In this document: one piece after another, positions 34,270 to 43,919 of the stretch
Position numbering within the stretch: position 1 is the stretch's first letter
Layout: the number at the start of each line of letters is the position of its first letter
Assembly: GCA_000708835.1 (NCBI GenBank)
Contig: DF237631.1
Coordinates: 1-43,919 of the forward strand
DNA from: Klebsormidium nitens
Taxonomy: Eukaryota > Plantae > Klebsormidiophyceae
Direction of reading: 5' to 3'
Length of the DNA stretch: 43,919 nt
Position numbers and translations under genes: made by a program
Notes under the pieces: generated by a model
What the model saw: the letters and a program-made list of their open reading frames with translations, nothing else
Database searches by the model: none
Told to the model about the DNA's origin: nothing

Positions 34270-35319
34270 TTGGGCCGCTTGCAGCGAGGGAGTTGCGGTG
34301 GCCCTGCTTTTGACCGAGGGTAACGAATTCGAGTGATTGCACGTTTTTGGCAGCTTTTGCATACATTGAGCGTTGTGAAATTGCGGCTGATTGCGGTTCG
34401 CTTTCGGAATATTGCCGTAAGGGGACACTTGCCGGGGAAGAGTTGCGATGAGCTGGTGATGCTGGCCCTGAGACACCATTCTTGTATTCTTGTCTGCTTG
34501 TTTTTTGAGGGAAATTGTAGTAGTCAATGTGGTAGTCTATCGTGGGCTGTCAAGATTGATTTGACAGTCAATGAAGCTTGGTATTCTTGCTGAAGAAGGA
34601 GAGGCGACTTCGAATCTTCAAAATAGGAAAGGGAAAGGTTGTCGACGGAAGCCTCAGGTTTGACCCCCGTGCCGAGAATCGTGGTGACAATTCAAGCCGC
34701 TTTGAAGGCAACAGAAGGAAATTTTGGGTCTGACATAGCATGGTGGAAATGTGGACCGAGGTTGAATGAATAAAGTGTTATGCCCGCCACTTTTGCGCGG
34801 TACGTGCATGCGGATCATTCCGGCGATTGACGCGAAATGTCAGGGGGGGGTAGCCAGCTAGTTTTGTTGTTGTTGGATTGGCATGATGCAATGCGTAGAT
34901 GATGCGGAAGAGATGCTGGTGCCGAGGCGCTGCCGCAGCGATAGAGTACCGCATGACAGCTGTCACGTTGTAGAGGCTCGTTGCCGTGGCTCATCGGAGC
35001 TGCGCGCGCGCGCGAGTTGTGAGCCGTTGATATTAGGGCTCGACCCGATCGGACGGCTGTAGGTTGCTGCAGTTTGTAGTCTACTGTGTGTAGACCCGAA
35101 TGCTGAGTGACTGCGGCCAGCCCTATAAGCTGGACCCGAAAGTTGCTGATGCAACTTTCTGTACGTTGCCTTGAGAGAGATAAGTCGCGCTATGGCGGCC
35201 TAGTGAGGTCTTTAATGGCAACTTCTCTTCATGGGTGCCAAAGCAGAAGTTCCCTGAGCGCATGTGCTTGCGCTCTTGTATGACGTGCGGTGTGCAACTT
35301 GGCGGTGTGCCAAGCGGAT

Positions 35320-35490
35320 CGGTAGGTCCATCATAAGCGGAATGCTTATATTTACAGAAATCTACTGCATCCGATGTCACTCTACAGGATGTACATGGTA
35401 TCTCCGGCGTGGCGGCGAGCGCCCTTTGATATGACGTTTTCATTTGTGCACTACGGCTGCACCGCGTTCGATCGTGAGCCTAGTAGCTCG
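35320..35490 (+). repeat. Possible solo-LTR relic related to the copia LTRs at the left of the window
   Basis: GTGAGCCTAGTAG (35474-35486) is identical to the reverse complement of 4201-4213. TAGGTCCATCATAAGCGG (35323-35340) resembles the reverse complement of 2111-2130 (TAGGTCCAGTTTAAGCCGTA). The blocks are in the same order as in the LTR candidates. Confidence 0.35.
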
Positions 35491-36380
35491 GCCGTAATCA
35501 CGTGCAAGGCGCCACAGTGAGAAGCGACGGTGACGATTTGACCTTCGCAGATCGATTACACAATCCTGCTGGAATGCAGCATGTATGCACTTGTCAAGTA
35601 TCTAGAGATCGCGAACATGCACTAGGTACTCAATTCGCTAACAAAACCCACGTCCATTTTGATTGTTCCCCTTGTACAACGCGCATGCCAAAGTATAACA
35701 GCATAGGTACCATGCCATCTCGACAATTGCTAGAGTTCGTGATACGCCTGGTGCATGGCAATGTCGATACAGAGGATAAATCGATTCAGTCATTGATACA
35801 CTGCGCATGGGACTCACTACCAAGTGGACCCATGATCGAGCCGGAGAGTAGACTCACCAGGAGATGTTCCTGTCTCAATGAGAGCCACGTGCCAGCACTT
35901 GGTGTCTATGCCTCTCCTTTAACATTTTGGAAATGCAATCAACCCACATAACAACGATTTCTTTCCAGTTTGTCCAGCATAAGTTGCCCGTAATTTGATG
36001 ATGCTACATTTCAGAGGCAAGCTCAACCGCCGTTCGACTCAAGCGCTTGCCTAGTTGCGCTCACTCCTTGCTGACCCTAGGATACACGAACAAGGGGGAT
36101 CTGCAAGTGAGTCACCACACCAAGTGGGCATCCTGACGTAGCGGCGTGCAAAAAAGACGGCCAAGCATCGCCCTGATGCCTTGAATAAGGAGTGCGCCCG
36201 AGCAAGGCCAGACGACTCCGCGCACGCTTGGGCTCTAAGATAGAGGCAGATGATCCAAAGGACACCAAAATATTTGGTGCACTGCTGTTCTCGTCGCCTT
36301 TTGAAGCTACAATCGCACATTCGAGCCCACGCACACGCATGTAAGGAATGGAGGAGAGTGGTGCATACATTGGGCGCCAC

Positions 36381-39300
36381 CTACTTTCTTCGCCGCCGCC
36401 GGCCCTGCCACCACCACCCCACCGCCCCGACGCCCCCCAGCAGCACCACACCCCCGACTACCCCCCTCACCGCCTGCCCCTGCGGTGCGGCCACCCCTGG
36501 CAGCCCCTCCGCCAGCACAAGGCCGGCTTCCCGCCGCTGCAGGTCGCCTCCTAGAATGTCCGCAACTTCGGGGTTGTCCCCGCCTGGCTGCCGGTAGTGC
36601 CGCAATAGAAAGCGGTACACCGCATCCTCATCCCACTCCACCGCCCCCTCGGACCCCGCGTCGGCACTCTCGGGGCTCTTCCGGCAGTCAGGGCAAGCAT
36701 GGCGCGGCGGCCACAGCCGCTTGGGGAAGGCGGGGTCCCCCCACCCGCTCTCGTCCTCCGCCTTTGCCAGCCGCACGTTGACCTGCATCCCCGCGCAAAA
36801 CCTATCAGCCACGACAAGCTACGACCGATAGGGCAGCGGCCCCAGAACGAAGTGCGTCCACCCAGAGACACCAAGGATGGACATTCCGCGGTGCAGTGGA
36901 GAGCACGGAGCGGCCAGCACGAACCCTCGTATGAAAGATTTCAAGGGCAACCCAACCCCGGCCTCTCAGTGCGCGCTCACCCGGTTGTGCATGCCCCACA
37001 GCCAGAGCGCAGCTTCCCGGCGCGTGGTCACGGCTGCGGCGTCGGGCGCAGCGCTGGCCTCGAGGAAGTGTCGGCGGCACTCGTCGCACTGGAAGCCGAC
37101 ATCAACAAAGCCACGCAGCGCCGCCAGGGCGGCGCCGCCCTCGCCTGCGTCCAAGCGCGCCGCCAGCGAGTGGAAGAGCTGCCACAGGCCGCAGCTGAAG
37201 GGGCAGGCAGAGGCAGGGGAGCGGGGTAAGTCGGGGAGCGGGAGAAGGGCTGGGGGATTCTAAAGGACACCGGTATAGCTGCTGACTGGTGCCCAGCGAA
37301 GGCAATCTGATAGCCCTTCCTTTGTCAACGTGGCAACCCGGAGACGTGGGAGGACAGGTCCAAGGCCCGCAACCCTCGAAGCACGTCTACGAAGTCCAGC
37401 GGAGCTCTTGAGAGCTGGCAACACCCATTCAAGGGCTATCAGCACCTGATCGGACGGCATCCAATCGCATCACAAGCCGGGGAGCAACAAGCGGCAGGAC
37501 TCTTTGCGTGCTCCCCCATCCTACTGGAGTGTATGTAAGAGAGCGAGGGGACGGGGCGCACCTGTAGCCACGCGTGTCCGCTGTACTGCCCTGACATGAC
37601 CGCTGCACACAACGGGAAGCAAAGCCCGGGGTCATCACAGGCAGAGGGTCAGCGCAACCCTTCTGAGCCGATACTCTAAAGAAGGCTCCAGCTTGAATCA
37701 CACAAGGGTATGGCAGAGCTGCACCCAAACTGTGCCTTCGCACTGCACTGCGCTCCCCATTCAGCAGCATTGGCTCACCCAGGTCCCTTTTTGCGAGTGC
37801 GGGACGCCTGCCCCGCATACCGCCACCTGCTGCAGCACGGCTAGCTGCACGTCCGCAGCGTCTGCCGGGTCCGCCTCGCCGGGGAGGGGCGCCGTGGGCC
37901 ACACAGTGTCCAGCTGGGCCACCAGGGAGGCCGCACCTGCGCGACACCTGGCAACAGGAGGGCACAAGGGCTGTCAGGTCAAGGCTGTCAGGCAGGTAGG
38001 GCCAGGCATGCGAGTAGCAAGTGGTAGACAGCGCCAGCAGGCCCAGCCAAAGCAGTGGGGGACACGGGGGGAAGTACCAGCGCATGGCCACCTGCTAGCA
38101 GCTGCTGGCGGCATTATTCCCATTAAGAAGGGTCATTATGTGTCTCTGCCTTATGCTGGCTGCACAGTGTGCTTCAGGAATTTGTCTGCGTGGTACCCTC
38201 ACCTGCCTGACGGGTGGTGCTCCGCCACCAGGTGGGCAAAGCGAGCAACGCTAGGCCGGGCGGCCGCCACAGTGGTGAAGGTCTGTGCGAGAGATGGGGA
38301 CATGGTCAAAAGAAGCAGAGAAGACCTCAAATGTAGATTAGGGATTCTTAGGGACTGCGCCCTGGATGTATGCGACAACTACATATTCCCCTCCGGCTTG
38401 CGCGGCAGTGTGCTGCTGCTGCATAACCCTCACCACGGCAGCTAGCATGTAGCGGAAGGCGAGCGCCGTGGCTTCCTCGACATCCCACAGCTGCGTTGGG
38501 GCGAGTGCCTCCTGCCGGTCTGCGCGCTCCTGCTGCGTAACGGCGCGCGCCTGCCCCGCAGCTTCGCGGTGCGCCTCCGCTGAGGCGGTCAGCGAAAACG
38601 ACCTGCGCAGGGGGCGCCCTCCGTCAGCAGGGGGTAACATGGCCCCGTAAAGGAGCATGCACAGCTGGCACGCACAACACAGATGCTGCAGCGGCCTGTC
38701 CTACTTCGAACCATGCTAGAAGGCTTGAGCAGTCATCCCTGCTGGTCAACTCTGGTCCCTTGCCAGCCACCCCCATGCCCTCTCCCATTATGCTCACTGG
38801 TGTGTCTTCTCGTTGATCCAGTTCAGCACTGCCTCTGCAGTCCTGGCTGTCTCCGCCACGGCCAGGCCCGCCCGCGCATCGGACCCAGGCCGCAGGTTGG
38901 TGGCAAACTGGCGGGGGTCCCCCCAGAGCAGGGTGGGGTAGCGGTCCACGCCAAAGTGCTGGCAGAGCGCAGTCTGCAGCCAAGAGCGGGGGGGGCACAC
39001 AAGGCAGGTGGTGGGTGTGGCAAGCATCAAGGACAGCCTGGCAAGGCAGCAGCCAGCCATACTTGCACATTTGCAAATGATACAGAATCGACCACATCAC
39101 GCACTTATCAGAGCCTTTCAAGAGCAGGACTGAACTAAAGATGTTTGTTGCTTCGTACCTCTGTCGCGCAGTCCACTGCCGCCACGTACACAAAACCTTC
39201 CCCAGGGGGCGCAGCATTGAACAGCGCAGCAACCCTGGCATACTGCGGCTGCAAAGAGGATAAAAGAAGGATAAAACACAGTAGGCAATCCTCTGCTACA

Positions 39301-39661
39301 GCTATCAAGAGTCAAATATTGGCAGGCAACTGCTGCTCACTTCCTCATAGTAATAGAAGACATTTCACCAGCACCCCATTATGAAGCAGATCTAAGAGTC
39401 TGGCTGGACGGTGCTGGGCCGCACCTTGAAGTTCATGCACGCTGGACACCAGGAGGCAAAGAACTCGCACAGGGTGTAGGGCGCCTCCGCTGCGGTCATC
39501 GAGTGGTTGAACATGGCCATGGTCAGTTCTGCGGGGCCGACCCCTGCTGTCTCTGCGCTATCCTCATGGCCCACTTGCGCCCCGCGCCCGGCAGCGGTGC
39601 AGCCAGGGAGCAGCGCCGCCAGGCAGCAGCAGGCCAGAGGGACAAGCAGCCAGCGCATCAT
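36381..39661 (-). CDS. QSOX: Quiescin-sulfhydryl oxidase (signal peptide, thioredoxin, helix-rich region, Erv/ALR, C-terminal TM), 9 exons
   Basis: Exons 39425-39661, 39159-39248, 38798-38973, 38434-38602, 38203-38282, 37779-37947, 37562-37602, 36981-37194, 36381-36782, phases consistent. Motifs EFFASWCPAC, VDCA, FGVDRYPTL, HHPSGRC, SCQGSTADTRGYSCGLWQLFHSL, FQCDECRRHF, LWLWGMHNRVNVRL, LWPPRHACPDC, then a hydrophobic segment and WWWQGRRRRRK. Confidence 0.96.
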
Positions 39662-41829
39662 GGGGGGCCGCAAGCGCAGAGTCGGCTTCTAACAAGGAAG
39701 AGGATCCAACAGCCTGCTGCGCCCGTTTGCAAGGGCGTTCTGATCACAATGCCATTGTCGCTGGCTTCCTCTTAAAACAGCCACAGCATATTTACATCAC
39801 AACAAAACTAGATCTTGCCCGTCCCGCCTTTCTGGGAGCGTCTCCTAGCGCATCCCCAGGGGCACCATGCAACTTCAAGCAGCATGCAAGCTTGCGAGTC
39901 GCAACTCGTCGGATCTCAAGAAGATTGCACCATGGCTGCAGCAAAAATTTGATGTCCAGACTTGTAGTAGTACAACAGGTACAACTTCAGTTCTTCCAAC
40001 TTCAACTTCAAGTTCAAGGTTTGCGGCAACTCTCTCTCAGTCCGAGTCTGGGCCACTCTCGAGTCTCGAGTCTTGCTATAGGCTGGACTGCCATTGCCGG
40101 ACTTGGGCCGGTTTTGCAGTTGACGGTGCCACCAATCCTTACGAAAATATAGCATTCGTCGGTTGCGGGTGCCGTTTCTACAAACCTCGGGTCCGCGACA
40201 TCCGTTAGACTGCCCGTACAGCAAGCAGCGGACGCTGGGCCACCATGGCACGAGCAGGTGGGTAGCCAAATCTTGTTTTGCCTGAGGGATCCGCAATTGT
40301 GATAGCGGAACCGTCCGATTGAAAAGATCGATCTCAGAACCGCTCGATCGGGGTGTCAAAATCGGAGAAGAAGGAGCCTAAACAGCCTAAATAGACCGTG
40401 AGTCGACTGTAGGGTCAGACTTGGACAGGGACAAAGCTGGAGAGGTCGTGATTTGAGCTGGTTGCTATGGCGGAAGCCATGGCATCTCAGGCTTGAGGCA
40501 CCACAATGCAGCTCCATGCTTCCTTTGCTTGCAAAATCCATGTCCCATTGGCATGCTGTAGCTGATACAAGACAAATTCTGTGCTTCTTGGTTGCGGAAC
40601 AGCCTGCAAGTGGCTTGCTACAAGGGCAGAATTGAGTGCTTTTACGAAGTTCCGAAAACCATACGATACACTTTGCAGCCTTGGCACAAGGGGTAAATGA
40701 CCATCTCTGAAGCTGGAAAAAGTGTTCATAGCTTGCATTTTGATTACACTACACAGTCAGAAGCTTAATCTATGTGTATCTTGCAAAGCATGAGCTGCGC
40801 CTGCCGTTGCTAACAGCATCCTAGGTCCAACGAGGAAGCTCATTGAGTTTGGCAGCCATGCCATTCTGATTGCGTCAGCATGACATCGTTATATTGGATC
40901 AAAATGATCTGAACCGTCCGATGGGTGGACCGTGGCTTCGGAGACCCAGAATATACGAAGCCAATGCGCTATCAGTATGGCCGAAATCGAGATTCGGCTA
41001 CCCGCCTGGAGCGCGGTGATCCCGTGGACCAACCGACCGACCGCAAATTCCGGAGGGCGCTTGCTGGCGCAACAATGGCTGCCGAAAAGCCTCGCTCCAA
41101 CAGCGAACTGTGGCCGCTTGAGCACATCAAAATTGGAGCTTGTTAAAGCTTTGAAGAGCTTTGCTAAACGGCTTCAGAAGCCTTACCAGGTGCTAACTTT
41201 CTAACCAAATCTCATGCATTACCCACAATGCTCTAAAAGCCTTTCTCCCCACTGTTTGAGCAAGTTTTTGCCAGACAGCGGGCGAACACTGAACCGGCAG
41301 AGAGATGACAGTCTCATGGAACCTTTGCAGCTGGATGAAGCATTGCATCTGGGCTGCCATGAGTCGAGCCCGCATTGAGGTGGACGTTTTTGAGCTAAGT
41401 TCCTAACACACTGACCTCGGAGCCCTACGCTTTTATAGCAACATTGTTCATCATTGGCAGTGAGCAGGTTGTGCTTCTGCTTTGCTTTGTTTACATATTC
41501 TAGTAATTCTGAATACTTAATGGCTCCTTTCGTCCTTGGTAGAACTTAAACGAAGTGGAGCGTGACTTACTGACGAGCTTGTTTCAGTTCATTTGCAATT
41601 CAAGTAAGAAATGGGTTGATGTTCTGATTGGCTCAAAGTCTGGTCTGAGAAGTTAAGTTGAGAGCAATTAATCAATCAGCATCACATAATAGAGTTGCTT
41701 CGAAGTCTGATCAATCTGAGAAGGCGCTGGCTCAATGGGAGCATGTTAGTGACATGTTGAGCTGAACTTACTACAAAACCGACTGCAGCCTAGAAGATCG
41801 ACTACCTTGTATTGACTTTGAAGCATTAC

Positions 41830-43450
41830 TGTGGAGCCCTCAACCTCTTGCAACTTGGTCATTAGAACTAGGCACCCCGTATTGAAGCCGCCGCAGGCAG
41901 CCTGAGTCAGTTACATTTATAGCTTCTCGACAAATCCTCTTTCCAGCAACATTGAATCCTTTTCTCGTTTTGCATCTTTTTTGCATATGCTCCTCTCTTG
42001 TTGCTTGAATTGAGAAGCTAATTGGTTGATGATAGACAAATTGTTGCATTCTTACATGTGAGAAACTATAGATATATTGAAGTTGGACTAAGACGGGCCT
42101 GCAACAAGGCAATCTGGCAGGATCAATGCTTGGAGCCCTTCAATTGGCGAATGTTGATCTGCTTGAACATTTAACCATATGCTGGGCTTTGAGTCCGTCA
42201 GACGCGCCTTAGACTTTTCTTCTCAATCAAAGCAGCTCTGCCCTGTCTAGGCTTTGCTTTCCATTCAATGAAACATGATTGAATCACGAGGTGGCAACTC
42301 GTGTTTTAAAACACTGCTTGTTTTAGTTTTCTTAATCTCCAAAACATCTTCAAACGAAGTGCAACGAAGTTTTAAATGCAACCAGCAGATAGAGCTCATC
42401 GAGAGGAGCGTAAAACACCCCTCACTTTGTAAAAAGGACCCCCCCTTTGTTTTTAAAACGGTTTCAAAACAGATTAAAACAGTCAAAACACCTGTAAGAC
42501 ATGTGCGTGCAAGATGGGGCTCCAAATATCCAGTGTTTTGAAACAGAAAATCGACCAAAACGTTTTGAAACGTACAATTTCCTGTTTTATTTGACATAAG
42601 CGGGTTTCATTCGTTGTGTGCAGTTACAATATGCATATAAACACCGAAAAGAAGACATAAGATATTTATATAAGGTCCGCAAAGGGCCTTTTTTTTTTAA
42701 ACGTTTTAAAAGTGTTTTTAAACAAGCGAAGCAAGCCAAATGACTTGTTTTAGTTTCAAGAGGACATGTTTTGAAACGGGAGTTGCCACCCCGGGGATTG
42801 AATACCGCAAACGAGTACTAGAATCATCTGAAATCGTCCCCTGAAACCCGAGCTCCCTCTTTCAACAAGTCAAAGATGCGGATCTGCTTCTGGTGACCTG
42901 TGATGACTTGGTGATCTTCTGTTGATATGTTTTGAGTTGATGGAAAGCGGACACTTTGCTTGAGCCCCCAAACATCCTCCTCTGATTCAACTACCTCTCC
43001 GTTGAACATTTCGAGACTTGATGAACTACTCGCTACCTTTGATATCCCTTTGAAACTCATCGTTTATTGGGGGACCAGTTCATTGCTCTCTTGAAGGTTA
43101 CAATTTAGATGATGCATTCACCTAGACTTAACTGAAGCACTAGCAACCTTCAAACCGATTTGCCTTCTTAAGAAAATTGTTATGTACAAGTTTGGTATCT
43201 CGAACTACTCTTTACGGATGGGCATGATTTTATCCCGATTTTATCATCCAAGTCGCACTTGTTTCTCCCTAACACGAATTGGCGCTTTTTATGGTCTCGA
43301 ATATGAGCCTCAGCCGGGCATGATCCTGCAACTGGTTTGAACCCATCTGCAGATTGACGGCGCGCCGCATGGTCTTCTTCACGATTCTACATCGAAGCAC
43401 GTTGGAGTACCTTTTCCCCACTGCAAAAGGCGGGTCCAAGAAAGAAGCCA
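41830..43450 (-). mobile_element. Possible heavily decayed Ty3/gypsy-like relic, interrupted by the MITE
   Basis: Weak minus-strand remnants only: RRAVNLQMGSNQLQDHARLRLI (~43290-43370; loosely like the gag LxQGxxSVQDY motif) and MLLERGFVE then QYGVP (~41870-41960; cf. RT start LLxKGFIEPSxSPYGAPV). Order is plausible but identity is low. Confidence 0.3.
42285..42795. mobile_element. 511-bp non-autonomous DNA transposon (MITE), hAT-like
   Basis: Left end CACGAGGTGGCAACTCGTGTTTTAAAACA versus reverse-complemented right end CCCGGGGTGGCAACTCCCGTTTCAAAACA (24/29 identical). Perfect 8-bp direct repeat GATTGAAT at 42277-42284 and 42796-42803. AT-rich non-coding interior with repeated GTTTT(G/A)AAAC motifs. 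Confidence 0.88.
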
Positions 43451-43829
43451 AAGGACCCTGGGGGGGTTTTTAACGGCTCCAACATAGTCCACTTTAGACA
43501 GCCTTCGATGTAGAATAGTGTTAGAAGCTCCATATGAGTGAGGCTTGCATGCAAGTCGATTGAAAACACTCATAAGCGTTGCCTATAATGAGCTCGAACC
43601 TTTTACGATTAGAAGATAAGTTGCCTCTAGAAGTAGAACTCGGCGTATACGCCTCGAATTGCTCGTGGTACTAGTCCTATGCTCTTTCAATGGGGATATG
43701 TAGGACTCGGAGCATAGGATGAGAACCATCGACACAACCCCTTAGTCCGTACCGTAGTGTGACGATTACGTCTGGTTAAGCCTAACCTCGTTCTCGTCAG
43801 GATTTCGTTAGCTGCTTGTTAGCGAAACG

Positions 43830-43880
43830 ACAGCGGTTACGTCTTAACGGCGCGCTGTGAGACCGTTGATGTACGGCGTT
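43830..43880 (+). repeat. Possible further LTR relic at the window edge
   Basis: CGGTTACGTCTT (43834-43845) matches the reverse complement of 4331-4342 at 11/12. GACCGTTGATGT (43861-43872) matches the reverse complement of 4299-4310 at 10/12. Order and spacing are similar. Confidence 0.35.
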
Positions 43881-43919
43881 CTATCCAGAGGACTCGACCT
43901 GGTCTTGTCTATCTGTGAT

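Noticed and set aside
7208-39661. TMEM33, PGM3 and QSOX as a functional secretory-pathway cluster
   Set aside because: They are interleaved with replication, splicing, mitochondrial and plastid genes, and I saw no motif shared by all three. Three of eight is compatible with chance.
1-43919. tRNA, rRNA, snRNA and C/D snoRNA genes
   Set aside because: I saw no T-loop/cloverleaf, rRNA or U1/U2/U6 signatures. The few ATGATGA box-C-like hits (e.g. ~4654, ~26812) lack a suitably placed CTGA. An Infernal/tRNAscan run would be needed to exclude them formally.

Overview
Eukaryotic nuclear DNA, not prokaryotic. It looks like a green alga (Chlorophyta; species not determinable from the sequence): intron-rich, GC-rich gene bodies with GT-AG introns are separated by lower-GC intergenic DNA. 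Hand splicing gives eight protein-coding genes in the order: <-TMEM33/Pom33 (7208-10073), POLD2-> (11123-14804), <-SRRM1-like PWI protein (16067-19252), B12D/NDUFA4-like-> (19899-21527; absent from the ORF track because it is split over four short exons), <-PsbX (~23359-25228), <-phosphoacetylglucosamine mutase (27009-30732), RETICULATA-related DUF3411 protein-> (31942-34269), <-QSOX (36381-39661). The left ~4.4 kb holds two decayed Ty1/copia retrotransposon copies. The right end holds a 511-bp hAT-type MITE with a perfect 8-bp target-site duplication, probably inserted in an older retroelement relic. Short pieces resembling the copia LTR recur at about five places. I found no tRNA, rRNA, CRISPR array or multi-gene novel system. 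Most long ORFs in the supplied track are antisense or intron-spanning artefacts of high GC. The most interesting open points are local: the hidden B12D gene, a single in-frame TAG separating a 52-codon ORF from the RETICULATA-like gene, an exon-phase conflict in PsbX, and a possible targeting extension on the mutase. All family assignments come from motifs I recognise; no database search was run.
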